Of a stretch of 64,000 nt of DNA, positions 36,831 to 50,649 are shown one piece after another. Below the pieces are notes generated by a model that saw only the letters and a list, made by a program, of their open reading frames with translations, had not been told where the DNA came from and did no database searches. Position numbers and translations under genes: made by a program. The first letter of the stretch is position 1; each line of letters starts with the position of its first letter. Location of the stretch: NCBI GenBank assembly GCA_036172245.1, contig JAYWIR010000005.1, positions 1,798,001 to 1,862,000 of the forward strand, written 5' to 3'. Source of the DNA: Raillietiella orientalis. Its lineage: Eukaryota.

Positions 36831-39800
36831 CATTATACTGCCAGCACTGAAAGACTGAAAAATGTATTGATAGAAGCTGCGTCTTCTGCGATGGACGCCT
36901 CAGCGTGCCCAGATGAAAATATAGAAAATTTTCCAGCTGCTCTCTCTAATTCTCTTCTAAAACATTGACGTCTTCTGACAGAGGGAAGGCATCGTTTTCA
37001 TTTTCCATAGAGGAAGAAGACACACTATTCTGGTCATCACCACCAGTTGGAGTCGTCGCACGGAGCAACTTTCCAAACTTCATCAATATCCTTGGCAAGC
37101 CACCACATTGACCTCTTAACTAATGAGTTCAGCGGATGCTGCAAAGGAAGAAAACTTTCTTAATTATCTGTGAATTCGGAGATTAGGAATTGCACTCCGT
37201 GTCAAGGGGTCGATTCGAAGACTAAGCCGCGCTCGCTAGAAATGACTGATTGCATCCGGGGATACCATGGGCCTTTGAAAGTGGGATAAAGTGCTCAAAT
37301 GCTGCTCAAATGCTTGCTTTCGTGAGCGTCCAAGTTCTTATCCACAAGCAGGTTGCTCCAAATGCTGCAGTGCAAGAATTCATGTGCTTCCGAACATGCA
37401 TCCTGATGAATCTTTTCGAATTTTGAAACCTCTTGCATCATTTTTTTCGCTTTCCCCTCCCCCCTTCCTCTTCCTTGCAGGTAGTGCTCTCTGGTTCCAG
37501 CGCCAGGAGGCCGCTGTTCCTACTGCAACACTCACATCCCGCGTATGGCTTTCCGAGAGCCGTCACTCCGAAATCGTGAACTTGAGACGCACACCACGAA
37601 GATGGCGGGAACGGACGCTCGGTTCTTACATCACTTTCCACCCCAGCTGGCATGAAAAAAAATATGCCGTCGTTGTTTGCAGTGGGCGCATTCACTGTTG
37701 CTAAGGTCCTCTATTGCGATCTCTATTACCATCTCTATTGCGATTGCGGCTTCTACCACATACGTGGAGCACCCAACCAAATTTTCGAATGTAACGTTTA
37801 CAAATATGAATTCTGGGGGGTCGAACCCTGTATGACCTCTGTCCTAGCAGAAAGTCCTTTTTAAAGATTTTCTTTTTTGGAGGCAGCTCGAAATGCCAGA
37901 GCAGCATCCAGCTTAAGATGGCATGAGGAGAAAGTGCAGGCATCCACAAACCTTTCGCCAAGAGAAGAACCCTGGAAAATGATGAAGGATGCTGTTGATT
38001 CTGCATGGAGCAGGAAACCCAGTCACCGAGCTGCGCCATGCCCCTCGACAGGATGCAAGGAAACTGAAAGCCTTTCCTCGCAGAAGCAACAGATTTCAAT
38101 CTTGAGTATTGGGGGCTGGAAAATCGAGCTCAAAATCCGAATGCGGGCAAATTTACATGTGAATGAGGCACCTGGTTCTTCCGCGAGGAAACGCATCACG
38201 GACGATTGATCACAAAAGTCACGTGAGTTCCTCAGAATCGAATTAAAGTCAAAAGAATTTTTCCCTCATTGTCAGCTCGAGGTCCCCCCATTAAGGAATA
38301 AATTATCGCCTGCTTCGCTCCATTCTAAAGTTGTTTTGGAGGGGCATTGAAGACGATTTTGGTGCATTTTCACTCTCATGGAAGCACAATGAACACCGTC
38401 GACCGGATATCATAAAGGCATGATTGAGCTCGTTTTCTCGGCAGTGCTGAAAGGCACCAGTGGAAGGTTTTTGTGTCACCACACAACGGTGGCCAAACTA
38501 TCGGCCAGTCCTGCAGCCACCGGGAAAAGGGAAACCGAAAAGGGAAGTGCAGCTCAGAGTCCTTCCGAGAAACGTTGCAGGCTCATTCGGCCGCTTCGAT
38601 CCTGTAGCTGTCCAAGTGCAGACGCAAAATTGGAAGTTTCTGACGCACCCGTTTTATTTTATTTATTCATTTTTTAAAAAAAGAGGGCCTGACGAGTTAT
38701 AAATCACGCTGTAGAAACTATTGGGATCGTCTGCTTGCTCCCAGCACTTGAAAATAAGACCTAAATTTTCGTGTCTGCCTCGTTCCTTTCGAGGAGATTC
38801 TGATCGATAGTTCTCGCAGAAATACAATAACGCACAGGATAGAAATTTGGATATGGGCATCAGGCTCCATCTGAGCTCCCTTCCTCATCCGGAGGCGTCT
38901 GCAGCTGTGGCTGGTGGCCGCCTCCTTGTCCAGTGTTCCATATTCTAGCGTAGGGAAAGGAGAAATGGAAAAAGCCACTGTTCGCTCACTTTTCCAGCCT
39001 CCCCGTTATGGCGATCGGATGCCGAAGCACTTTGTTTCACTGACCCTGCTGCAAATTCTGCGGAGGGCCAGATCTTCCGTGGAAGCCAATCCGTCCAGAG
39101 GCCTGGTGCTTGCGTGAACGGCCATCGATGGTATCTCGCGAGTATCCCGGAACTGCTGCATCGTTGGGACCATTAGCCGCCCGCTGCTTTGGAGGTTTGC
39201 TTCGTCGTTTGCTCCGAAAGCACTCTTGAGCAGGAAACAATCCGATATTCTTCGCTGCACTCAGACCCAAAGAAGATCCCATGTCCAAGCAGCAGCTTAC
39301 CGGATTTGATGCGCTGCTTCTCAAGTGAAACTGGCAGCCATTTCCCCCCACTCGGAGTCGTCTCCCCATCGGAAACGCACCGGTTCTAAGATAGCGCAAG
39401 ACATTTTGCTCGCTGGCGATCATCTGTGCCTCCCACGCATTGATTCTTCCATGGACAAGTGACCCAGAACCGGTGAAGGTTTCCCACCAGAGTTCATGGA
39501 AGTTCCATCCTAGCTTTTGCAATGAGTAAGGAGTGGATGCATTCTGGATCCGTAGAATACGACGATCAGCAACCCCAAAGGGTGAAATGCCTCCGTCACC
39601 CAGGTTTCTGCGAAGAGATTTCTTTGGGGGACAATCATCTTTCAGGGAGGAGACTTTTCGGAAGCGTTTGCCGGCGTTCTTCCTGATCTGAGAGCTTTCA
39701 GCTGACCATACAAAAGCGCGAGTGCCTGGATGCCTGACGAAGCGACCCAAGAAATCCTTGCCTCTTTCTGAAAGCAAGGAAACTGTGCTAGGGCTTCAAG

Positions 39801-42800
39801 ACGCCCGGGTGTGAAACAAATCCAAGATGAACTGAATACTAAGATTATTACCACTAGAAGGGGCAAACATAATGCCGCCCACTAGTAGTAATAATCTTGG
39901 CATCTCTGTGTTTTTGGCATTGAGATCAGGTTAAAAACCGGTGACCACACTTCCGGAAAAGAAAAAAATCCCTTTTTTCCTTTGAAGTTTCATCCTGCGT
40001 CACTGGGGCACTTCGAAATAAAAGATTACTATCTAGAAGGACGCTTCTCCTGCTGCCCGAGGCTTTCAACTGGGGACGCCGCCTCGGGAGTGGACCCGAC
40101 TGCGATCGCCACAGCGATGTGCTGTTCATCGCGCTGCTATGCGAATTTCTTCAGCAACCATATCTTCATCTGTTTTCTCCAGAGGCAGCAACCGCGTTGC
40201 AATTCCACGACTTTTCTTTTTTCTTTTTTTTAATCGCAGTTTCACTTTAGAGATTTCTTCTCGAATATTATCAGTAGCCCTGCCTCCGGAGGGCACTGGA
40301 AATATGCGCACCCTTTCAGGTGCCGTCGTCTCTGGTTGCTCTGGGAGACTCCACGTGCATTTCGCTGAGTGCATCATGACACTGAGGGTGACCCTGCTAG
40401 GAGGGATTCGGCGAAGATTCCACCATCCCTTCTCCGTCTCTCTCGGTCATTCCAGCGGCGCCGGCAGGTGCCTCCTCGCTGCTCTGAAAAACTGCCGTCC
40501 ACATCTCCTGCAGCTGAATCCAAGTGTCGACCGGTCGCCCGACGATCGTGCCAACGAGGCGATGGAGTGACTCAGGCGGTGGTACCCATCGGGCTCGCTT
40601 TCTACGGCGCGGGTTTCCGCCCCAATCGCGCGCGCCATCTGCAAAATTAGAAAGAGCACTCCAGAGTGCAGGTCTTCGCCCCACCGCGGTTCGCACCGTG
40701 GGAGCTCTTCCAGAGGATGACGGGAGGAAGAGCTGCTGCTCCCTGCGGCAGCAACCAAATAAGAGGATAGGCATTTCCTCCTTTTGTGCAACCAGACCCG
40801 AAATCCTTCCAGATCAGATGCTTCTTCTGTGGCAGATCCGCTCCACCGACCATTAATCTTTCTAGGAAAGTGGCACGGCTTCCCCATCGGTCGAGGTCAT
40901 TTGCATAAATCCTCCATCAGCGGCTGTCCACTTTCTCCAGGTTTCCCAGAGAAATCAGCGTCATTAACAATCCAAATGAAACCATTTAATTGCGCCTCCC
41001 ACGTGCAGGCGTGATCTGGGCGATCGATTTTCACGCGCATCCTCGAGTGCGTGGCGTGCGCTGAGCTCGAAGGAAACAAAGCACCAGTGCCTCCTGCGAC
41101 AAGCACCTCCCTGGAACGGCACTCTCACACGTGCACTTTTCCACATTCCATCCGTGGGCAACTTCTCCGCCTTCTCCGAAAGATGCCTTCAACTGGATCG
41201 TTGCTCATCCTTGCTACTCTCTGTTGCCCACAGCAACCAGCACCTTTCAAGGGATCTAATGGGTTTCTCATCTCTTTGACCTCACATTTATTTCATCCCC
41301 CGGCGCCAATTATGCTTACTAAAATGGGTCCATCGAACGCTCATGGATCCGAAAGTTCCAGCTTCCGCGCTTTAGCAAGCAGGAATTTCCATCATTTGAG
41401 TTCGAGAATAGGTCGAGGTCATTTCGTACCCAAGACCCCTAAAAATTCAGCGGCACTCTAAAAACTCAGAGGACTTTAGCGAACGGAGCCACAGGATTCC
41501 ATGACAATTCCAGCAGGGCAACAGCGAACAGAGCCACTGGATGCTAGCTAATCTCCTCTTCCCTTCCGTTTCCGCAAGCTCCAGCTTTCTTAAGACAAAC
41601 CATGAAGAGAAGCAGCTACTATTCTCGTCGTTCGCTCGTACACACAGTCTTCTACGACCCACTGGTACGTCAGTTATGCTAACTGCGCATCTCTACCAGA
41701 ATTCCCTCTGGATTCGTCCTGGCCAAGCATTACTGTACCCCGCACTCAGCGACGCGACCCCACCTCGGCGAACCACGGGTTCGGAGGCTCTACCGGCTCC
41801 CGACAGGCACCTCTCTCCCGTGGAGCAGGTGCAAGGGACAGCTTCGAAGAGCAGCGCCCCTATCTCGAATTTGTCGATGAGGAGGGAACGCCTACCCACG
41901 TGGATGCGTCGGAGGTTCCCGAGAGGCAGAATAGGCAGTCGTAGAGACCCCAGGGAAGGACCTAGCATTCCGGAGACAGGAAACGAACACACAGATCTCC
42001 CGCGGAATGGACCGTGAGGTCTGAGACTGGGTTGGTGGCCCGGAGGGCGGACGAGGCCCAGGACAGAAAATGGGGAACAGGTACGGGACTCCCTTCCAGA
42101 AGGCTGCCCCTCTCCCACGACAGTCCCAAGGAAAGGAGGAAGGGGGAGATGGAACTTGGTTGCTGACATCGCCAACTCCCATGCAGTTCTTCTGCTACTC
42201 TCGAGGTATCGAAGGCCGTGCTCCTTTCCCTTGCAGTATCCATGAAGCTTACGCACGCGCACATTCCTCCTATCTCTTTTCCCCCTCCACGTCTTCTTCC
42301 CTTGCAATTCCGATCAATAAGCTGTCCTTTCTTAAAACCAGAAAGACAGCATTCAGGAGACGAAGCGGTTCTCCTCTTCTCTCCTGGTCTTTCGAAACTG
42401 GGAACGGGGAAGAAGTGAATTACGGAAGGTGGACAATGATACGGAATATGGTTAAGGCGGAAGAGAATGAGGCTCAGAAGCCTGGGCTGAAGAAACTGAT
42501 TCTGAAGATTCTAATGCTGAAAAGTCCAAGGGTGAAGAGACCGTGGCTAAAGAAACTGATGCTAAAGAGTCCAAGAATGGAAGTTTGATACTGAAGATGC
42601 TGGCACTGTCGAGAATGAAGCTGAGGAGAACGAGGTTGCTGCTGCTAATGATGATGATGATGAGAAGGCGGTAAGAGCGTAGTGAGAATGGATAGTAAAG
42701 AAAGGAGGAAGACCTGAAGGAGACTAAGTACCTTGGAAAAGCAACCTCTCGCATTGGGTGCGTCCTCCTCCGCCTTGTTCAGCCTTCTTGCCGTTTCTCT

Positions 42801-44415
42801 TCAAACGCATCCTCGGCGCTGAGTTGTCTCTCTCCTCTTCCTTATTCTTGCCCATGGAGGGACTTGCTGACTCTACTTTCTCCTCGAATGGTTCCTCCTT
42901 CCCTTGGAACCCTCTAGAAACTCCACGAGGTCTGTCACACTCCTGAGATCTTCGACGTCCATCCACGAGTCCGTCGTGTCCGCGCTGCATGAGAAATGCG
43001 CAGCGGGAGAGGACCTGACCTTTCGACGGGCGCTGCTGAGGGCTCTGGGAAACACTCGTAGGTCAGCTAGGGTTAAGGCTATGGAAGGATGCTCCTGCGA
43101 GTTGGGAGTACCCGTGGCCTAGCAGGTGTTCACGGAGGAGGAGCGGATTCTGCCTCGCCGCCTCCCTCATCTCACGCACATGCGACACCTCAGCGACGCG
43201 TCCCTCGCATTGCACAAACCTCATGCGTGTCCTCTACGCTCAAAGGGTCAATTCGCTACATGCGGCGCCCTCTCGTTGAACGGCGACAGTCGCGCGCGAT
43301 CACGAGATCCCTCTACCCGAGCCCACACGGGTTTTTCACCCAGTCACGCTGGAGCATTTTCTTCATAAAAATAAACCAGTTGGGAGCACTCTGGTTGTTA
43401 ACCGAGGAAAAAATAGATTCTTGGAAGTGTCTACCAACACGCAGATCAGCATATGGAAATGTCCGGAACGGGAGAGGGGAAGGGGGTAATACACAAAAAA
43501 AGGAAATCCAAGGAGATGGGGCAAGGGTCATTGGGTCCACTTCGAATGCAGCTGGAACAACATACAAAAACCTGGGAAGTTACCGAGTGAAAGAAAGTGG
43601 CAAATAAGACAAAAAAAACAAAATAAAATGAAGGGAGGCTAGGGACAAGGGTCACCAGTGTACGCCGTTCCTCACCTTCGAAACCGAGGCGGCATGTCAG
43701 CGATCTCCTCCTTGTCTTCCTCTTGAAGGTGAAACCACTTTGCAGCCATCCTTATGTAGGCGGCTGCCATCCCAGTGACCTTCCTTCGCTAACCGGCAGT
43801 CTCTAGCACGTGGCGTCCATGACGATGGTACCCATCCAACCTATGATTGCGATCACCGCGCCCGGAAAGAGTCCTCCCGGTGCGAACAGTCGCAGAAGGT
43901 CGACAGCAGCTTCCGCCTAATGCAGGAGCGCTGATGCCATCCTCCGTCACAGTTCCTGGAGAACACCACAGTTGAAAAGCAGGTGCGGTGGAAATGGCTT
44001 CGCTGACCCGCACCGGGCACAGTTCGGGGATGCAACCCTTGCGGAAACTCGGAGCCGCCGCTCGTTGCACTGTAATCTACAGTGGAGGAGGAGAAGCACA
44101 GCCCATTTCTAGGAAAGCGGAAACGCAGAAGTGCCCAGGCAAGGAAAAGGGACAGCAAGTTCTTTGGAGGCAACACTCGAAAGTTCGCCCACCGAAGAAA
44201 TCCGTTCACCACAGATCGCGGAGTGGCAGCATCCACCAGCTCGCGTGTCTTCTAGCCGCTCAGAAGTTTTGCCCTTCTCGCGACGGTGCAGGAAAATCCT
44301 CAGCTCTCTGGTTGGCTACTGTTGTCTCACGCCCTGAGGGCAGACAGCGCTTCAGCAAAGGGTGTGGCGGCCAGGGTCGAAGACTTCACTGCGTCCTGCA
44401 TCACCGAGGGAAAGT

Positions 44416-44553
44416 TTCTTACCTGGTCACGCCGGAACGTTTATTTCGATAAACCAGCTGGGAACAGTTCTTTCCAGCCGACGACTACAAGAAAACCAAC
44501 AACCAAGATACGCCACTGGCACGCAGGCCAGGAAACTGGAAGGTCAGGGAGGA
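44416..44553 (-). mobile_element. 138-bp LINE 3'-UTR insertion with perfect 16-bp TSD
   Basis: ATCACCGAGGGAAAGT at 44400-44415 and 44554-44569; terminal AATAAACGTTCCGGCGTGACCAGGTAAGAA. Confidence 0.85.
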
Positions 44554-44569
44554 ATCACCGAGGGAAAGT

Positions 44570-44701
44570 CACCAGTAGTCTTCTGGGATATTCTGCATAC
44601 TGTTCTTCATACCCGGCGGAAAGTAGCTCCTTGATTTTTGGAATGATCCCCAGAGGGTTCCGATGCCTGCTGACCGACGGGGGCATCCGGGGATTTTCAC
44701 A
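44570..44701 (-). mobile_element. SINE-related fragment inserted in the family-B LINE
   Basis: Resembles the 5' part of the SINE body; 12-bp direct repeat TCCTGCATCACC at 44394-44405 and 44702-44713 brackets the whole nest. Confidence 0.55.
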
Positions 44702-45299
44702 TCCTGCATCACCACTTCCTGAGGTTGTGGCAAACAGATGTCGCGGGGGGCAAAGATCTTCAGGAAGCATTCCCTGGAATGCAGCCCAGGACTCAACAGC
44801 CTCCTGCCTCCAGGCAATGTAGTTCGTTGGGAGACAGGAGGTCCATGGATGTGCTATCACGGGAAAGGCGAATTGCCTCAGGGAGGAGGAGAATTCTTCC
44901 TTCCTGTAATGAGTGCTCGGCAGCAGCGAGGGCAGTCCGCCGCCGACGCAGCTCCGTAGGATGAGGTGCGCGAGCGCAAACCACAGGGAAGTCCACAGAT
45001 TGGCACAGCGTGCCAGCATTCGCCACTGCGTATGCAGCCCGATTCCCTCCAGCGCCATGGTGTCCAAGTCGGCATCCCGACGGAGTCGCTAGGTCTTTGA
45101 GGCTCTCCGGGTGCTCGCAGACCCAAGGACGTCTCGCCTTTCCGCTAGCACAAACTTTCTCTGTAAGACGCCCCGATGGCGCTGCTTGGGTCCTTCATCG
45201 GCTGCTGGAGATAGTCATGCTCTTCGCTTCCACAGTTTCTCTCTGCTGAAGACGGTCCCCCGGACCTGTTCCTCCTGGCAACAGAAGTCAGTGCCGTGC

Positions 45300-46035
45300 G
45301 TTGGCGGTCGCGTGGCTGCAGTCTCTGCGCGCGGCACCGGGCATTGTAGGTTTCGAGCCCCCCCTCCTCCCCCCCGCAGGACGACGCTGTTAGGCCTATT
45401 GGCCTTAGGTGTGGCACTAATGGGAGCCAGAACCCCCTGGATGCTCCCGTTAGCTCGCCGGGACTGGAAGTCGACCCTCCGGGGTCCTTTTAGAAAACGA
45501 GGAGCCATTCAGAGTTCCACTCCTGTCGTGCAAATGGAACCGTTTCCATTAAATCGGTTGATACTCCCCCTCCCTCGGGGGCTTGCCTCTCCGGAGTGCA
45601 AGAAGCGCTCTATGCCCTTCAGGAAGAGCCCCTCAGAGAAACTGGAAAGCGTCCCTTCGGGGTTCTCTTCAGAGGAGTTACAAAGAGAGCTTCCCTTGAC
45701 AGTGGATTCCCTCCGGAGAAGGAATTCAAGGAGAGGATCCTTTCCAGGTTCTCTTTTGGAGAAGAAACGAAGAGTGAGCTACCCTGGGGTCCCTCCGGAA
45801 AGAATAAAGAAGAGGTTCCGTTCGGAGACAATCATGAAGTGGCTTCCCCATCAAGCGGTTGGAGGTGCTTCCTCCGCAACCTTCCTGTATTCATAGAGTG
45901 GTCCCTCCTGGGTCACCCCCTAACTTCACGCACCCTCGAAAAGCGTTGAAGAGCTTCGTGCCCCTCCCACCTTCCACCCTCTAACAAGGCGAACGGTTCT
46001 TCAACACCTTGATAACAAGAAAAAGAAAAGAAAAA
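45300..46035 (+). mobile_element. tRNA-derived SINE, near full length
   Basis: Head aligns with the 11.07 kb copy with one B-box deleted; conserved body; GGTTCTTCAACACCTTGATAAC followed by an A-rich tail. Confidence 0.75.
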
Positions 46036-46039
46036 CGCA

Positions 46040-46700
46040 GAAGCGCCGCATGCGAGTCGTTCCCCGGCAGCTGATTTGACGGACAGAAATTTCGCGGCGC
46101 GACGTGGCGACTGCCGTGTCACCATCGGAAGGAGTTGGGCTGCTGCTTTTCCGGAGGGAAGGACGTTCACCCTTTTTTTTGCCGTAGGTCAGGTGCTCGA
46201 TGTCTCTCCGCCATCTTTCGTGAAGGGTCTTCTGCAAAGCGCGGACAACGACTGACTTGGAAACGCATGAAGAATTTCGGGTGCTGAGGAAGTGTGAGAG
46301 GCGTGCTTCTCTTCCGCGGATGCTGCGCGGAAATCTCCCGAAGCCACACGTGGACTCCTGCACGCCGAACGCATTGAGGCATCATGGCGTGCTGCTCCAC
46401 CTCCACCAGGATAGGTTCATGAAATTCCTGTCGTCCCCACAGCCACGCCGCAGTTGGGCTTGCCGGCATCCCCCGCTGAAGCACGCACCGAGACAAACTG
46501 TGCTGCGGGGCGCTTTGCATCAAGATGGTTCCAGCAAGCAAGCGCATCTGGACCAAAGGCTCTGGGAGCAAGTCCAAATTCCAGATCCTGGATATTTTTC
46601 TCGAGGACTCTCTGAAGGGGAAGGTTTGGACGGGGATACCTCGGAAGGACAAGACTTACTTTTCGCACATCAGCAACCATTTATTGCCTGTCGGAGCTCC
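46040..46700 (-). pseudogene. Decayed AP-endonuclease-like domain of a LINE ORF2
   Basis: Weak frameshifted motifs GPDALACWNHL (PDILxLQETH-like) and SAGDAGKPNCGVAV (GVAI-like). Confidence 0.35.
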
Positions 46701-47498
46701 CGGCATCCCTCTCCTGGTTGCTTCGTCTGGGACAGAACCGGGAAGGATTCCGGTCGCAAACGATGGTCTTCGACGGAGGGTCATTCTCTGGACCAATGAG
46801 AGGTAGCATGCGCCTTCGGACTTTTACGTGGCCGATTTTTACGAGGTCGGCGTCCTCCCGCCGCAGCGACAGCGAGCTGAACTCGGGATGCAAGGCATGC
46901 TCCCTTCGCCGCCGGCATGGATACGAGAGAATGCACGGCTTGGCATTTTCCGAGCGCGTGCGGAAGGAAGAGGAGGAGGGGTACTTCTTCTGAAGGGGAG
47001 GAGAGCGCAATCCCTTCCTATTGTTTTTCGACAGCTCCCGGGACCACGGCAGCCTAGACCCGGGTGGGGGGGGGAAGAGGAGTGCGAATTCGGATGCTGG
47101 AGGCAGGAATCCTTCTCTAATCAAGAATCGGAGGCAGTCGTCGCGAAAAGGGACAGCGAAGACGGAGGAGTGCGGCAGTTATGGAAATGAAGATGACATG
47201 GGGAGCAGACAACAGAACGTCAAGTGCAGAGACAAACAGGATGCTCGCAGAATAAAGATGCTTGAGGAGGAAGTCGGTCGGTAGGAGAAAAAGAAGTCTC
47301 CGATGATAGTCAAGTCCGCAGTTTCCAAGGAAGATGCTCGTCCCATTGCACGCAAACATCATGGATGAAACTCCACACTTGAAGATCCGTTTCCGGTGAG
47401 CACGAAGGAGAGATCTTACAAGAGCATCCCAGATCTCAACTCCGACGCCATCCCGTAATATCCATCCAACGCGCCGTGGCTATTGCGGCATGTCTGTT

Positions 47499-48764
47499 TC
47501 CCACCCGGGTGCGCCGGAGCGTTTATTTCTAAACTATCCAGGAACAGGGTTTCCGGACAAAGGACACAGAAAAACGAATGGAGGGATCCCCGACACGCAG
47601 GTCGGTAAACCGAAAGTCCGGAACGGGAGGGAGGGACCACAAATACACATATAAAAAATATAAATAAAGATATGGGGAGGGTAGGTTGGTCTTTGGTTTG
47701 GGCCGTTGCTTTCCTTTAGAACCGGCTATGGATGTCGGCGATCTCTCTCCTAACGCCCTCTGGAAGATGGGCCCACTCGGCAGCCGACGTCATGTTCTCG
47801 CCGGCTATTCCGGTGTCCTGACGACGAATTGCCAGTTTCTCCAGCTCTTGGTGGGCCTTGTCGATGGTGTGGGTGCAACAGACCGTTGCAATAACAGCAC
47901 CTGAGGACAGGCCGCCTGGCGTGAAGAAGCGGCGCATCAAGTCTCTTGCGGTGTCCCCCTGGTGCTGAAGAGCTGAGGCCAGCACCCGCCACAGTCCTTG
48001 GAGGGCGCTGCAGTCCAGGAGCAGGTGCGGGAGCGTTTCCACTTCTCCGCAGCTTTTGCGGTTCGGGGAGACAACTCCCCCGGAAACACGGTTCGTCCGC
48101 TGGTTGGAGTGAAAACCCCAATGCACCAGCAGGATGACATCCTGTTTCCACAATAGGGGGAACACAGAAGTGTTCGAGCACAAGGGAGGGACCACAAGTT
48201 CTTCAAGGGGAACACTCAAGTGTTCACCGAAGGAGTCCCTTCGGGATGTTGCGAGGCGTCACGGCGTCTGCCGGCTTGCAAGTCCTCCAGCCGCCTATGG
48301 GTCGTGTTGCTCCTGCGATGGTGCAGGCGACCTCCCATCTCACCGGTTGGCAGCTGTCATCTCTTGCCCTGAGGGCTGACAGCGCATCGGCGAGGGGCGT
48401 GACCTCCAGGCGAGTCCACTTCTCCTGGCTGTTGCAGACCTCATCCACCGTGCAGTACGGGGAGAGGTGAGCGCAACCGAGTTCCAGAAGCGAAACATCC
48501 TCGTGCTTTGCCCAGGCATGCAAGGGTTCCTGCCGCCAGGCTTCAAAGTTCGTTGGGCGCAGAAGATCCATTCCTGGGTTGCCAGGAGCCAGTAAAGCGG
48601 TTTCAAGGGGAAACCGAAGCTTTTCGTGGCGCGCTCCGTATGTGGCCGGAGCGACAGAAGTCCTTCGATGCCGGTGCAGCGCCGCAGTAGCAGGCGCGCG
48701 GGAGCACACCACGGAGTGGCCCAAAGGTTGGCGCACAGGGCCAACATTCGTAACTGCACTTGTC
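47499..48764 (-). mobile_element. 5'-truncated family-B LINE with 15-bp TSD
   Basis: ORF 47716-48219 SCGEVETLPHLLLDC...REIADIHSRF; terminal AATAAACGCTCCGGCGCACCCGGGTGGG; TSD TTGCGGCATGTCTGT 47483-47497 / TTGTGGCATGTCTAT 48765-48779. Confidence 0.85.
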
Positions 48765-49761
48765 TTGTGGCATGTCTATCAAGAGGATGATGTGCCTCTT
48801 CTAAAGAGAGCAGCGACTTGAGGTTCATCCTTTCTTCCTATTTTGTCCTACGGGTTCCCCCTCAAAGGACACGCAGCATGGGAATGCAGCTCTGTGGTTA
48901 CCCGCAGAGAAGGGACTCGGCTCCAACTGAGTTCGATGGGGCTTCTCCTTCCCACCTCCAAAGCCGACCGATGCAGCGGCACCCACTGGAATTGCTTGGT
49001 TGCCGCACCGTGCCCGGTTTTCCAGGAGACCAAGAGCCTTCTCCGCAATCGCTTCCCTCCCTCCCCTCCTTCCTTGCGGAAAATGGGATGCCTGAAACGA
49101 ATGCTTCCCTTCAAATAGCACCGCGCCCTCCACCCACCCGCCACCCACTAGTTGGTGGTGCCTTTCCTCGGTCAGGTCTCGCGTCCCGAGCACCTACCAT
49201 GTCCCAGAGCGCCGTGCCGCCGTCTGCGGCCTCAGTCCGCCCTGCGTTGCTCACTGCCGATAACTGAACGGAAACGGACGCTCAGTTAGTTATTCATGAA
49301 TCTGGTCGTTGCTTCGGGAAACGAGCGCGGCATGATTCTTCCGTAAGGTTGCCTGGCAACCATTAGATGCTGCTCTCTCGGACTCTCGCGAAAGGCGTTC
49401 GGCTCTGCAGTGTGCTTCCGGCTGGAATATCCTTTCTTTCATGCTTTAAAAGACTCTTTCGTGTACATCTTCGATGCGAAGTTCCGATTGTCGGAATCCA
49501 TGGTTACGCAAGCAGCTGACAAAAGCTTCTTGACGTAATGGCAACAGAAAGGCGGAGATTAAATGCACGCAGGGTGAGCGTCGGTTGCCCAAGTTTCTGC
49601 TTCAGAGCTCTTCCAGAATCCACTGCTAAGAGACCCGGAAGAAGACAGGAACTGCTTCCCCATAAATTTGGCAAGGACATTGGACGGAAACCTCCAGGAA
49701 TCTCGCGTCCAGCAGCCGCGAGACCAGTGGTCCGGAAACAGCACTTCTCAAAACCCAGCTC

Positions 49762-50649
49762 CAATAGTGGCCTGCTGTCTTGGTTTCCAGGAGCGGCGGT
49801 CTAGGCCGACGCGCAGCTTGGCGCAGCGCAACGCACACAGGGAACACATCCGCTGATGTCCGCTGGATCCCGGGACTTCTAGAACGCCTGGCGCTTCCGG
49901 ACGAGCCTCAGGTTCTGGGACTCCACTTCGATGTTCTCTTTGGGAGCACACGAAGTCCTGAACTGCAGAACAAGCAAACCCTCCCCCTGAAGTGGCAGGA
50001 CTCGGCACTTCTGCTGTTGCACAGGGGTATCCTGTGCAACTCCCGCCGGTGGCACTGGACCCGAGGGAGCGATGGACCCGCACTGCTGCAGGTACAGGGA
50101 ACGGGAATCCCAGCTCCCACACCTTCTTGTAGACTGTGTTAACCTCCGTTCCCTGTGGTTGCGTTACGCAACGGCCCTTACGCACCGACGGACATCCCAG
50201 GGACGTGATATAGCGCCTCTTCGTGCGCGGTGCCTTTTCGCCTACCGCGTCCCTAGCAGCTCTTTGCTGCCTACGTTGAACTGCGGTCGCCTGGAGCTAC
50301 ACGAGAGGAGGACGGCACGATAGGGACGGCATCTGCTTCGCTCTGCGCTTCCTGCAGACGGCAGAAAGATGGTTTTACTTGGGGCAAACTCAGGAGGAAC
50401 TGACTGGCATCCTGTAAAGGATACAGAGGATGTCCTTCAGCGGACAGTGATTCCTTTCCCGTGCCCCACAGAGTTTTTTGTATTATTGATTTCTATTTCT
50501 ATTTCTTTTTATTTTTGTTTACCTCATCTCCCTCCACCGGCCTGAGTGCCGGTTACTCGACAGTTTCCGAGCATCTTCGAACAATGTTGGTCCTATGGCC
50601 TTATACATGTTTATTTTTTATAATAAACGTCCCGGCGCGACCGGAGGGT
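49762..50649 (+). mobile_element. 5'-truncated family-A LINE
   Basis: PLKWQDSALLLLHRG...CCRYRERESQLPHLLVDC; stem-loop 50407-50424; terminal AATAAACGTCCCGGCGCGACCGGAGGGT; possible TSD 49751-49761 / 50650-50660. Confidence 0.8.

Larger units (their letters stand above)
43332..45100 (-). mobile_element. Family-B LINE 3' portion carrying two nested insertions
   Basis: Close similarity to the 55.5-56.6 kb copy (MDAATPRSVVNGFL.WANFRVLPPKNLLSLF) and to 48.2-48.8 kb (MLARCANLW); terminal CTCCAGCGTGACTGGGTGAAAA. Confidence 0.75.

Noticed and set aside
42440..42720. Acidic low-complexity coding-like stretch
   Set aside because: Contains stops and a frameshift; possibly a decayed ORF1 tail but cannot be assigned
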